A stretch of 64,000 nt of DNA, from assembly GCA_964016885.1 (NCBI GenBank), contig OZ024743.1, forward strand, positions 66,650,001 to 66,714,000, written 5' to 3'. This document shows, piece after piece, positions 11,801 through 25,279 of the stretch. Origin of the DNA: Eledone cirrhosa (taxonomy: Eukaryota). The notes under the pieces were generated by a model. The model made no database searches. It saw only the letters and a list, made by a program, of their open reading frames with translations, and was not told the DNA's origin. The position numbers were made by a program, and so were the translations under genes. Each line of letters starts with the position of its first letter. The first letter of the stretch is position 1.

Positions 11801-13470
11801 CACAAATTTGTGGTCCGAGTAGCCGACTTCTTTAAATTGTGTACAACCTACGCTAGCCTTATCTGTTTCCCTACACAATACCGTATCTGGATGACCCGAT
11901 GCGATTCGCCCATGTCCACATTGGCACATTCGGATAATCCAGTCGATACCTCTCAGACAGCTGAAAACGTCTGAGCAGGTTGATGAGGCTTTTACATCCT
12001 CCTCCATTATTTACTAGCCCCACATAATCCCAGCGTGCATCTAATATACCGTTCCAGTCACCCACTAACAGTAAAGAGCGGGACGTTCCAAGAAAGGTTT
12101 CTAGACGTCAGAAGAAATCTGGCCGTCCTGCCCCTGTCGGGGCGTAGACGGCTACTAGCCTGAAAGCATTGCCTTCACTGCCTGTCACGTCCAGTACCAC
12201 CGACTTACCTTCTGAGTCCAGGAAGATGGCCCGTATGGCGAGATCCAAGCCTCTCCGAAAAAGCACAGCAACTCCTCCACCCGATCCTGGACGGCTGGGA
12301 GATGCGTATACATCGTAGCCGCCGAAGATCGGTGCGAAGTCTCATGCTTCGGAAATTCTGGTCTCGCTGTTGGCCACCACATCTATGTTTAGTGACCTGA
12401 GATCATTAAGCAAGTGGCCCTGCTTCCAAGATGACCCCAGGCCACGTACATTTATACTGCCTATTCTAAGTAAGGACATGTTGGGTGAGGAATGGAGTAA
12501 GTGAGAAAGGATCACCTACCCTGATCGTGTGGGAAAAAACCGTCCCTTTGGCTGGTCATGGGTGTCTCCAAGATGATGTCGGTGTATATCCTCTTGGTAA
12601 CCGACCCTCTGAAATCTCCAACTGCGTTGGAGATTTTTTCTTTTAAATGTTTATAATGTTCTATTTTAATTTCAATAATGTTTATATTTTTCGGGAAAGT
12701 TCTTGGTGTTGGAGGGGGTGTAGTAATTTTTGTCTGTAATGTCTGTGTGCTGCTTTATATGTTCTAAGAGTTCTTTATTTGCCATGTTTATGGCTGTGTA
12801 ATGTTTTTTTGGCGAGGGTTGGTTTTGTTGCTGTTTTCTTGTTGCTGCTGCTGGGTATGTTTGTCTTGTTGTGTTTGCGATGTTGATGTTTGTGGTGATG
12901 CTGGTGGTGGTAGTGTGGTGGTTTGTTGGTGGTGATGTTGGTGGCGTTGCTGCGAGTCACCTTGCAGCCTTTACCCCTGTTTGTTTGCCTTCGCTTTTGG
13001 AGGGTGAAGCTAAGGGTTTTTTCCGTTTTTGTTTTTTGTGGCAGACATCTTGTCACTTCAATTCCGCCTCAGGCTCCATGTCGGATTCCGTGGCGTCTGG
13101 GAGGGGTATGTGCCCCACGGCTGTTGGTGGTGGTAGTGGAGCCCGCTCCGGTGATTTTGCCGCCGGTGTAGCTACTGCGACTGTTGGTGTTTCCACCACT
13201 GCTGCCGCTGTTTTAGTTGTCCGTGGCCTTGGTATGGGTGCCATGCAGTTGCCCTCCTACTCACCATGGAAGGGTCTTCTCCCTCTGTTGCCTGCCCTGC
13301 TCTTGGTAGCAGCGTATCAGGCGTCGGAAGGAGGGGGCCCTCTTCTTGGCTGTCTTCTGCGGGCAGAAGACCCTGAGGGGTTTCGCCTAATCAATAATCA
13401 ATCGAGCGACAGAATTCAATTCCAGCTCGTGTCGGCTATGACTGAATGTGACGGCCAACAAGGGTAAAAC
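8895..13470 (-). mobile_element. Near-full-length decayed Tx1/L1-clade LINE
   Basis: ORF2 remnant plus upstream ORF1-like low-complexity coding remnant (12500-13470). The 3' end has AATAAA followed by (ATT)n(AGT)n at 8750-8894. Confidence 0.85.
9173..12479 (-). pseudogene. LINE ORF2 remnant: APE endonuclease, reverse transcriptase, zf-RVT
   Basis: Starts MSLLRIGSINVRGL...SET. Motifs GDWNGIL, SDHK, WKLN, GKSPGLHGLP, FRSITLLNAEFKIL, LDQSKAFDRVDH, AYADD (~10500), LLGVWF, CPRC...HAL..C. Multiple frameshifts, and the QG..LSP motif is deleted. Confidence 0.9.
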
Positions 13471-13872
13471 ATTAACAACTGAAATCCCTACGCTTCATCT
13501 CAATGCCATCAGTTGATTGACCATTGATTCAGAAATTTACGAGACGGCAGGAGACGAAAATTCAAATAGTTCCGCTCCTGCCATAAGCTCTCAGCCAACG
13601 TGTCTCAAACACAATTAACAAGCGAGTGAAATATATATATATATATATATATATACAGAGAGAGAGAGAGAGAGAGAAACGGGAAATTAGAAATAGCACG
13701 GAAAATATATTTAAGGGTCTGTTTTTCTCTTTTTTTTCCTTTCATTGATTCGTCGAAGTGACATTATTGAAAAATACACTCTCTAAAACCATATTCGAAA
13801 AATAGAATTCTATTTCCAAATTCACCTTTTCTCTATAACCACTGTTTTGTATAAAACCTTACTTCCCTTTCA

Positions 13873-13967
<95 letters not shown>

Positions 13968-14209
13968 CAGTTAGTTACAACAGTAGCATTACGCCCATAC
14001 ATAAGTTTGATTGGGTTTAAGAACAATTCATTCAGTCAGCCTTATTGCGCTATAATACGTAAAACCCTTTAAGAAGTAGATCTGACAAGCAATGAGAATG
14101 ATGCAGTACAAAGGTAATAAATTATAAGATGAGCATACACAGATTATGTAAACGGTATATAAATAACGGTGAGCTTTTATCATATGTTGTGATTGATGGC
14201 GTTTTTCTA

Positions 14210-14395
14210 ATTGTTTCTACTTTTGGTACAAGGCCAGCAATTATTCCAGTGTATTACTGGTACATTATATTATCGACCCCGGAAGGATGAAAGGCAAAGT
14301 TAACCTCGACGTTATTGGAACTCAAACTGTAAAGAGTGGTAACTCTATGATGCAAAGCATGGCGCCCGTCCCTCCACCGATACTGCCAATCCAAT
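14210..14395 (-). mobile_element. tRNA-derived SINE with Nin/Deu-like core
   Basis: Minus strand reads GCCTTTCATCCTTCCGGGGTCGATAA..GTACC downstream of a B-box-like motif. Many copies in the window. Confidence 0.7.
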
Positions 14396-14476
14396 AAGAA
14401 TGAGCCACTGTAAGGGCATCGGTCCCTTGGGAATTTTATTTTTCCCCAACGAAGCAAATGTAAACAAACAAATTCA

Positions 14477-14508
<32 letters not shown>

Positions 14509-14633
14509 CTTCTTCTTCTTCTTCTTCTTCTTGTGTTTATTTATCTGTGAGTCTTGTGTTTGCACCATCTCCATCCCAAAACTACGGTATAACCAGGATT
14601 ATGTAATAACACAAATATAACGATTATTCGTAT

Positions 14634-14670
<37 letters not shown>

Positions 14671-14704
14671 CATACATATATATGTATATGTATATATATA
14701 TATT

Positions 14705-14775
<71 letters not shown>

Positions 14776-14776
14776 T

Positions 14777-14874
<98 letters not shown>

Positions 14875-14913
14875 GAGGAGGTTATAGTTCACTTGAAGCA
14901 TTGTGTAATGAGG

Positions 14914-15049
14914 TATAAACGTTTGTATATGTATAATAAAGCCAAAACAATGCAGGTATGGACATAGAACAAAGAATGCATTTGCATTCTTTATTCTATG
15001 TCCATACCTGCATTGTTTTGGCTTTATTATACATATACAAACGTTTATA
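14914..15049. repeat. Near-perfect palindrome (67-bp arms, 2-nt spacer)
   Basis: 14914-14980 is the reverse complement of 14983-15049 with one mismatch. Lies between (TA)n arrays. Confidence 0.9.
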
Positions 15050-15200
15050 TATATATATATATATATATATATGTAGGAGCTGAGTAATATTGTAGAACAA
15101 TAAAACTATGCATATATCACAAGTTTAATATTGTAGAACAATAAAACTATGCATATATCATATGTTCACAAGTATTTATAGGCCTCATATCATGTTAACT

Positions 15201-15270
15201 TATTTTATCTGATGAGAACACAATTTTAGTCCCAGGATGATGTTGTTTTCGAAATGCGCATAATAAAATA
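15201..15270 (+). ncRNA. Minimal type I hammerhead ribozyme
   Basis: TATTTTAT-CTGATGA-GAAcACAA...TTGTtTTC-GAAA-TGCGCA-TA-ATAAAATA. Stem I, core and stem III are identical to 6919-6992 while stem II has diverged. Confidence 0.85.
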
Positions 15271-15356
15271 TATGGAGCTTTTTTAAACATCTTTTAATTT
15301 CTTCTTTTATATATATATATATATATATACATACATAATAATAATAATAATAATAA

Positions 15357-15720
15357 TTGTTTCTATTTTTGGTACAAGGCCAGCAATTATCCCAGTGTAT
15401 TATTGGTACTTTATTTTATCGACCCGTAAGGATGAAAGGCAAAGTTAACCTCGGCGGGATTTGAACTCAGATCATAAAGGGAGGTAACTCTATGCTTCAA
15501 AGCATGGCGCCCGACCCTCTACCGATACTGCCAATCCACCGCCTTAATAATAATAAAAATGGTTTCTTATATAGGCACAAGGCCAGCAATTTTTGGGGAG
15601 GAGAAAATCGATTAAATCGACCCCAGTGCGTGACTGGTACTTTATTTTATCGACCCCGTAAGGATGAAGGGCAAAGTTAATCTCGGCGGGATTTAAACTC
15701 CCATAAATGGCCGTAACTCA
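15357..15720 (-). mobile_element. Two adjacent Nin/Deu-like SINE copies
   Basis: GGTACTTTATTTTATCGACCCGTAAGGATGAA.GGCAAAGTTAA.CTCGGCGGGATTT.AACTC occurs twice (~15405-15470 and ~15635-15700). Confidence 0.75.
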
Positions 15721-15896
15721 TTGCTGCAAAGACGATTTGTTATGTCTTCATTATGTTTAGTTCTACACCTCGTTACAGACGTGAATCTACGAATGGAGTG
15801 CTCACCTCGGTGAACCTACAGTAACTGCACATTACACTTCCTATATATACATACATACATATATACATATATATACATACATATATATATATATAC

Positions 15897-16950
15897 CAGG
15901 TTGAATCAAATGTTTTCTTTCGTATTTCAAGCTTTAATTAATAGTTAAATTAAATTACATATGAAAATCTTTTATTTATAAAAATATATCTCACAATATT
16001 ATGTTGTCTGTTGCCATTGTTATGTCAGAGCTCAATTCCTCGCTACATTATTTGGCTGGTTTAGGAGAAAAATACTGTCTTCGCTCGTTTTCGACCTCAT
16101 CCACATGTCGTAACCTCCGTCCACTCAGTAAATGAGTCATGTTTCAGAAAAGGTGTTAAACTTATCATGCAATCTCTGAACTGTAGGCCGGATGAGGCAG
16201 AACATCTAGCCCCTCAGGTCTGCACTTGGACACATTAGCTGTTTGTGCTGGAGTATTGTCATGCAGTAGAAGTGTGTGGTTTCGATTGACCAATGCTGCT
16301 TAACGGGCTTTCAAAGTATCATATACTCCCAGCAGTTGTTGAGCATAAAAAGTTAGCGTTCACGGTTTGAGTATCTTGAAGAAAAATCAAAATCAAAGTG
16401 CAACACCCCTTCGAAATTCCACAAAGCACAACCTGACTGGAACGAAGCCACTGATTTTTCTTATTATGATTACGAACATAGGTCCATTATTCATGCCCAG
16501 TTACAATTTGTCGCCCAAAACGTCGCCAAAGTAGTTGTTTGCAAATATTCACACATCCTTGAGCCTGGTCATTGGTCAGTTCTTGAAGAACCTCTAGACA
16601 GTGTTTGTTCACAAGGTCGACCTTATAGAGATGTCGATTGATGGTGCTTTTATGAAGGACCAAATTGTGTCGACAATGTACGAGTCCTTGTGCTTGACTG
16701 TTCAACCATTTCAAGTAAAACCTCATCTTCCACAACAGAAAATCTCCCTTACCATGGTTTGCTTCGAGATTGGTGTCACCTTCATTGAAACGTGAACCAC
16801 TTTTGTGGCACACGTTCATTGACAGTTATTGTGCTTTCCACATCATTAATTTCTGTTGCTGCTTCCCTTGCACTCAGTCTTTTTTCCACAGGTAGCGCAA
16901 AATGGCTCTAATTGCAAGTTTGTCACCACTCATTATAAAAGTTGTAAAGT
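15897..16950 (-). mobile_element. Decayed mariner (Tc1/mariner) transposon
   Basis: Minus-strand remnants IVTGHE.W (IVTGDEKW-like), WNFEGVLH, LLLHDNTP, VLPHPAYS.EIA (HPPYSPDLAP-like), with many stops and frameshifts. Confidence 0.8.
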
Positions 16951-17670
16951 AAAGAATAAATAAATGATTGTTTCTACTTTAGGCACAAGGCCAGCAATTA
17001 CCCAGTGCATTACTGGTACTTTATTTTATCGACCCCGTAAGGATGAAAGGCAAAGTCAACCTCGGCGTTTATATGTTATATATGTTATATATGTTATATA
17101 TGGAAATACATAATAATACATACACACACACGCACATACATACATACATACACACATACATACATGCATACACACATACATACATAAACACATACATACT
17201 TACACATACATACATACATATACACACACATATATATATGTATTTATATACAAGAAAAGAACAGACAAGAGGATGTATTAACATAAAGTCATATTTGTTC
17301 CACACTTAAAAGAAAGAGACTGGGTTATATATATATATATTTCATTTTATTTTATTTATTTTTTTTTTTAGGAAACAATGTTTCCGTTGGTCTTGAGCAA
17401 GACACTATATTTCACTTGCTCCTTCTACCTGGAGTTGCGACCGATAGATAGTATTAGCAATTGGAAAGACCAACGGAAACATTGTCTCATCGCTCCGATT
17501 TGACGAAAGTCGATCGAAAAGGAATATATATATATATAAAACATCCCACTCCTACATGATGCATTCCATACAGGTGCGGTATTCAAACAAAGGAGTTTGT
17601 AATAGCAAATGTATATAGTATGATTGAAAGAGAATTAGGGTATTTTAGGTAAATCATCACATTGCCTTCT

Positions 17671-17724
<54 letters not shown>

Positions 17725-17725
<1 letters not shown>

Positions 17726-20700
17726 TAGCAGTTTAGCCCGGCGTTTCTCGGGTTTGTTCATTTTCTATGAAAAGTTACATACAGGTAAACGTGGCTTGAA
17801 AGCGAATAAGCTTATCAATTAAGTGCATAAAGCAGTTATTAAAAGTTACGAACCAATTAGCTTTTTGGAAATCAATGCTGGGTTAATAATCTTCCAATAG
17901 CGAATTTAGCAGACCAAAGTTGCAAGATGGTGGCCCCGATGCCGCTGGGTGTCAGATCTGTCTGGAAATAGTTTTCCAGACGGCATAGCTCCAACACCTG
18001 CACCAACATCTATAGCACCTCTTTGTAGACGATACTGCGTGTCATCCCTTGAGGAGTGTAAGCAAAAAGTCCATTCCTGTTCCCTACTATAAGCTTAAGA
18101 ATGTGAGGTGGGAGCCCTGGGGACTCAAGTGAATTTAATAACTCAACCGGATAATTAACGATATCGTTGGGGTCTGACGTCCGGTCGATAGATTTGAAGA
18201 TGTGTTCTTTACCGGGAATCTTCTCAATCATTTGCTCCTTAATAAAATTAACCATGGCATTTTTCGGAGTAAGGATGGCTCTTTCGCTGAGCCAATCGAC
18301 GTTTTTCAAGTTAGATGATTTTTTATTTAAACTGCTTCCCAAAGGTCAGAAGGGCTGCTCACAATGTTGCACAGGGAGTCGATTGTTATTCCGTCCTTGT
18401 TATCCGCAGGGACATTGCCCTCACCAAGTGCTGAAATGTTCTGAGCAAATGCTGCAGACATGTTGTCACCATGCAAATGAGCACGTATATTTGTGCTCAG
18501 GTACAAACTCTTCACCTGGAGCCACATGGACCACTTAAGGTAGGCACGCACTTCATCAGCTCTTGTGCCTTTGGGGATGACAGGCAGCGTTTGCCGAACA
18601 TCCCCTGATAGCAGAAGGGTTACGCCACCCATAGGAGCCGTAGAATTCCTAATGTCTGTCATGGTCGTGTCCAATGCCTCAAGGACACCATTGTGTGCCA
18701 TTGTGCACTCATCCCAAACACTGAGGCAACATTTTTTGAGAACCTGTGCTTCGTGTGAGCTCTTGCTGATATTGTATGTTGGTGTCTCAGTTTTTATTAA
18801 ATCCAAGGGGAGTTTAAAGGTTGAATGTACTGTCCTGCCTCCCGGCAGCAAAGTAGCAGCGATCCCGGACGATGCAACGGCCAACGCAATTTTTTTCTCC
18901 TGAAGAATCTTAGCGAGAATCAATTTCGTTACAAAAGTTTTCCGGTATCCCCAGGAGCACCGAGAAAGTAAATACCCCCATCCTGATTTTGAACCGCGTC
19001 AATGATAGTTAAATAGGCCAACCTTTGGTCCGACAGAAGTTTGGGCTCATTTTCCTCTAAGCATTGGGAAAGAGATTCGATGTTATATGCTGTTTCCCGC
19101 AACAAATCCGGGGCCAACGTGTTAGTTTCCTCTCTGACGGTTGACCGCAAGCCATACGTCGCCAATTCACTCCCACCCATGTCGAGAAGGGCGTCCTCGA
19201 TATCAATGAGTGCCCTATTGTGGATAATGTCGCTGTAACCAACTTCCACTGAAGGATACTGCAGATGAACCAGGCGCAGGAAGTCCTCAGGCATGAAGTC
19301 TCTGTACTTGACCCATAAAGATTTGGTATCACCAATTCACACTTTTGAAGCGAAATGGCAAAGAGTTCCGGCAGACTTTTAGGTGATTTCAACAAAGTAC
19401 CCTCTGCTAAAGTGGAATCCCATTGCGAATCATCTTCCAAAAGACCACGCTTAACGCAGGCTTCCCGGTACGTATCACATATTTCTCCATCAACAGTTTT
19501 GAGGTCCTGAAAACTTTGTGGGCCTACAACTTCATGCAGAAGAAGGCGGAGATGAAAGCACTCATGCTGACTTGGGGGCACAGTGTAAACCCTTCCAAGA
19601 CAGCTGTCAAATTTTACACCGGGATGTCTTTCAACAGCCTGACCTGACTTTCTTCGCACCCAAGTGTTTTTCGACCATATACAGTAGGATGGAACCTGGG
19701 AGTACACAATTGTTTGCGCAAATGTAACGAACTGGCAAAGTTTGAAGAAACCCGCCAGAGTGGTCTCTTTCGGATCGGCGGCCAACTTGGCGGCGGTTTG
19801 GTCCGTAAAGTAAACCCTTTGCCCATTTTCCAAATGTACCACAAGCTGTACGATGACGGGGTGCCGTTGGTGTAGGGGTAAACCAAATAGGCGCCAAAAA
19901 GCTTAATTGCTACTGATGTACCGCCCCACCAGGTATTCTGTGACCTCGTCCCTGCTATTTTCAGCTTGAAATGCGAACATTGCGGCATCAGATCCCTTAT
20001 TTACATATTTGCATATGTATTTTATCGACTTGACGGAGTTGCAAAACTCAACGTTGATGTGGGCGTTGAACATCTTAAAGAGAAGCGGGCAGTAAGGGAC
20101 CACCCATCTATTGTCGACTTGACACCTCCCTTTACTGTTGTGGTGAAGCCACCTTTCTCGGGCCGTCTCCGCCTGTAGAGGGGGTACCCGTTGCCACCAG
20201 TCTGAGTCTCATCAACAAATTTTTTGGAGTATCCCTTACTGCACGACCCATTTCAGACGCGTGTGATGCCCATTAGGATCCGACGCACACACACGGACCA
20301 TGTTAACTTTGACGATGTCATATAATTCCTGGTCAGTTGCTGGGTTAGGGATTTCAGCCGAAATGAAACTGTCTGTGGCATTTGAATTGATTTTATCAGC
20401 TAACCAAATCAAAATATGAGCATGTGGCAGCCCTCATTTTTCGACGGTGAACATGTCACATTTTACAGCCCCAAATACCTGACCCTTTTTGATTAAAGCC
20501 ATGAGTTTAGCCAGTTTCAGTCTGAACACTCTGGCAATGAGGTCATATCTGTTCGAATAATTTTGCCCAGGAAAAAGTTCACGGGTTACATTCCGATTCG
20601 TATGTCTGTAGCATTAATCTGTTTTATGAAGTGTTATTTGCAATAAGCCGATTGAAAATGCCCCCAGATAAGCCGTATGTCAATACGGAACGCTCCACTG

Positions 20701-21063
20701 CAGTGTTGTCATATAGGGAGTGAAGAGCGACAGAGAGAGTAAAGCAGTTAAATTATAGAGGGAGGGAATATACGGAACGCTCCATTTGATCATAAACATT
20801 GTTTCTCTCTCTGCAGTGTTGTCATATAGGGAGTGAAGAGCGACAAAGAGAGTAAAGCAGTTAAATTATAAAAAAAGGGGGGGGGGAGTCATCATGATCG
20901 ATTATTGCCCTTATTGTTGATGGATTTGCAATTTCTTTGCTTCATGACATTTTCTTGACCAAATGCAATAATTGTTCCGACTTTGAATAGAATCCGTTGG
21001 AAATTGTGGACGTGAATCCGTTACAAACCTTAACACACACATCCTCAGATTTATATATATAGA
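17725..21063 (-). mobile_element. Helitron, internally deleted, with both termini
   Basis: On the minus strand it starts TCTATATATATAAA at 21063 and ends with the hairpin CCCGAG..aac.GCCGGG followed by CTAG (17725-17728), inserted between A and T. Internal ~60-bp direct repeat at ~20698 and ~20811. Confidence 0.9.
18010..20590 (-). pseudogene. Helitron RepHel remnant (HUH Rep and PIF1-like helicase)
   Basis: GLPHAHILIWL (HUH), GYPLYRRR, AHINVEFCNSVKSIKYICKYVNKG, GAPGDTGK (Walker A-like), AVASSGIAATLLPGGRTVHSTFKLP, WDECTM, GDVRQTLPV, RAILTPKN. Frameshifted. Confidence 0.92.
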
Positions 21064-21225
21064 TATATGCAGAGAGAGAGAGAGAGAGAGAGAAACTGGA
21101 AATAGCACGATAAATATATTTAAGGGTCTGTTTTATTTTTCTTTGATTCGTCAAAGTGACATTATTGAAAAAATGAGAGGGCCAATTCTTTTAAAAAACA
21201 GTTTTATAATGTATATAAAGTATAT

Positions 21226-21276
21226 CAAGTATTACCGGATTCGATGTATCAGTGAAATTCATCTTATCAAATGTTG
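21226..21276 (-). ncRNA. Degenerate minimal hammerhead (U3-A8 variant)
   Basis: Minus strand: caacAT-TTGATAA-GATG aatttcactgata CATC-GAAt-CCGG-TA-ATacttg. A15.1 is mutated and stem I is poor. Confidence 0.45.
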
Positions 21277-21512
21277 AGCATTACAATTATAAAGAATCAA
21301 TAAGAATTAAAATCTAAAAATTAAAGATTTAAAATTAAGTGTTGAGGAAAATATTTTCATCTTCCTTGTTGAGAAGGAGACTGGAAAAATATGAATATAT
21401 ATATATATGTATATATATATACATACGTTAAATATTTTCCATCTTTCTTGACGTAATAGTCACTTATACGTATGAATTACTGTTGGCTTCTTGCTCACAT
21501 TAATTTCTCTAT

Positions 21513-21592
<80 letters not shown>

Positions 21593-22878
21593 GTATCATG
21601 AGGAACAACATGAATAGAAGTTCTTTGTTCAATAACACAAGGCACTACTCGGCTCTGGATCTGAACCCTTGACATAATGAACATAAGACCAACACCATAC
21701 CCCCTTGCCAACAAGCCTTCTCCTATTCTCGCCTGTCTCGTAGACCAGCAGTCGTAAGCGGTGGGAGGGACCGTCCTGACTAAGGCCAGTTAAGCCTGAA
21801 ATGCATAGACGGTTGTCCCTCTTGCTTCTGCTGGACATCACCAGAGGGCGTTAGCCCCCCGGTGTTTTCATAGCTACGGCTTCCTAAACCGTATTTCTTT
21901 GGAGATACGAAATATTTATACATATTGTATAAAGCTATGCTTGAAGCGAAATCCTATTTCTTTTATATATATTTATATATATATAAATATATATAATATA
22001 TATATATTATATATATATAAATATATATAATATATATATATTTAATTTTGGTTATATATATATATATAACCAAATTAAATTAAGGGTGTCATGTCTGGGA
22101 GACATGCGCCATAACCTCTGTACCGATTGATGGTGAAATATATTTCTTTATTTAATGCAATATGTACAAAGGAGATTAGTCATTTTTGAAAGGTATCTCT
22201 ATATTTGAAGTTCTCGTTAAACTTTAATTAGTTACTTACCTAGCTGTCTGTGATTACACTCTTTACAAATTATACCCTGTTTTATATGTTTATTTCATAT
22301 ATATATATATATGTCAATCGATTTCTAGTTGATGTATGTGGACCCCGAAACTGGATACCAACCCGGAGTACTCCTGAACTTCCACCAGGAAATCTTTCGT
22401 ATCATTGAAATTTTCTTTGCTTCTTGCATTTAAATATTCCACGAATCTCTACCACTTTTCCTCTACTACAATCTTCTTACACCACCTCCTTCTTCTCACC
22501 CGTCTATATTTCACTCCCACCCTAGTAACTTCAATATGCCCAATCTCAAATCTTTTCTCCGCCAGCCCCATTCTACTCTCAAGCGCTTCCTCCAACCTCT
22601 CCCTTCTATATCATACACAAAACGCCAGCACTAACACTTTTGCAAGAGATGTCAACATGAATAGACCTGTTATTTTTATCTAAAGACGTTTTTTCCAATT
22701 CCATCCCTCCCTTCCCCTCAATCTATCTTATTTCTCATTCTTTCTTTTGATGAAGGACTAGCGTCTTCCTGCTATATCAAGCATTAACCTAATATATCCC
22801 TTGCATATACTGTACCGATTGTGTTGTTATTTCTGTTTACCTTTTACATACATATACACACACACACATATATATATT

Positions 22879-22982
<104 letters not shown>

Positions 22983-23159
22983 CATTTACACATATCTGTG
23001 TGTAATAATGGCAAAACAATAGCTAGCTATAGAATAGTAAGATAACTGAATATGTGAAGGTGACGTCAGAAGAACGTCACCAGTGTGGGGCATATGTACT
23101 GACTTGAGAAATAAAGTGTTGTCATCATATTATTGATCCCGTAGACAGCAACACACTCC

Positions 23160-23816
23160 CTACCACACCACCACCATCACTACTACCATCACCACCACTA
23201 CTACTACCATCACCACCACTGCTACTACCACCATCAACAAAATCACTACTACTACAATCACCACCACTACTACCACCACCACCACCACCACTACTACTAC
23301 CACCATCACTACTACTAACATCACCACCACCACCACTACTACTACCACCACCACCACTACTACTACTACTACCATCACCACCACCACCACTACTACTACC
23401 ACCATCACCACCATCACTACTACTACCATCACCATCACTACTACTACCATCACCATCACCACTTCTACTACCACTATCACCACTACTACTACCACCATCA
23501 CTACTACTACCATCACCACCAACACTACTACCACCATCATCATTACTACTACCATAACCATCACCACCACCACTACTACTACCACTATCACCACTACTAC
23601 AATCATCACCATCACCACCACCACTACTACTACCATCACCACCACTACTACTACTACACACCATCACCATCACCACTTCTACTACCACCATCAACACTAC
23701 TACTACCATCACCATCACTACTACTACCATCACCATCACCACCACTACTACTACTACCATCACCATCATCACTACCACCAGAAGCACCATCACTACCACC
23801 ACCACCATCACCACCG

Positions 23817-23856
<40 letters not shown>

Positions 23857-24027
23857 CTCCATCACCACCAGCACCACTATCCATACCACCACCACATACC
23901 ACCACAACCACCACCACCACCACCCACACCACCACTACATACCACCACCACCACAACTACCATCACCACCACCACCGCCACCACCACTACCACCACAACC
24001 ACTACTACCACCACCACTACCGCCACC

Positions 24028-24058
<31 letters not shown>

Positions 24059-24990
24059 CTATCGCAACAATCACCAACACACAAACTTTCTCTACCACCA
24101 CTACCACCACCACCACCACCACTATCACTACCACCACTACCACCACCACAACTACCACCACCATCACCACTACTACTAACCGACACGGCAACAACCATCA
24201 ACCCCCTCAACACCACCACATCCACCACCAACACCACCACAACTGCATACCAAAACCACCACCACATCTACCGACACCACCACCACATACACCAAAACTA
24301 TCACCATATCCACCAACACCATCATTTCATCTACAAACATCACACCCACATACCAACACAACCACCAACACCACCATTACCACCACCACATCCCCCGGCA
24401 CCACGACAACATCTACTAACACCACCACCACCACTGCTACCACCACCAACACCACCACTACCACCACCACAACATCTACTAACACTACCACCATATACAC
24501 CATCACTACCACACCCACCACTACTACCACCGCCAACACCACCACCGCCACCCGTACTACCGCCATCAACACAACCACCACCACCACTACCACCACCACC
24601 ACCACCACCACAACATCTTCTAACACTACCACTACCATCACTACTACCACCACCAACACAACCACCACCACCACAACCACCACCACAACATGTACTAACA
24701 CTACCACCATATCCACCATCACTACTACCACCCCCTATCACCACCACCACCTCTACTAACACAACCACCACCACAACAACCACCACCACCACCACTACCA
24801 CCACCACCACTACTACCACCACTACTACCACCACCACCACCACCACCACTATCACCACCACCACTACTACCACCACCACCACCACCACCACCACCACTAC
24901 CACCACCACCACCACCACCAGCACCACCACCACCACCATTACTACCACCACCACAACGTCTACTAACACTATGACGATGATGATGTCCAC
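23160..24990. repeat. Low-complexity (CAC/TAC/CAT)n region
   Basis: Degenerate trinucleotide repeats that produce the poly-Val/Gly/Ser ORFs. Confidence 0.9.
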
Positions 24991-25279
24991 TAGCACCAGG
25001 GACATTTGCTATAAATATTATTGCAATGCAATGGGCGATTCAAGCGAGTATCAAGGTATTTAATATGCAACTAAATACTGTCAGTGAATCATGCACTGTA
25101 CAAACGATACACTCAGCTCATTGACCTTTCAAAATGTGCAATGAATTCACGGTTGGTGCATCAATGGAAGACTTGTATCTGTTAGATTTGTCTTTGTATT
25201 TATGTATGGACCCGTAACTCCTGAGGAAGTCGTTGGGGTGCCGTAGTAAAATACGACGTTTCTTTGGCATTTTAAAACT

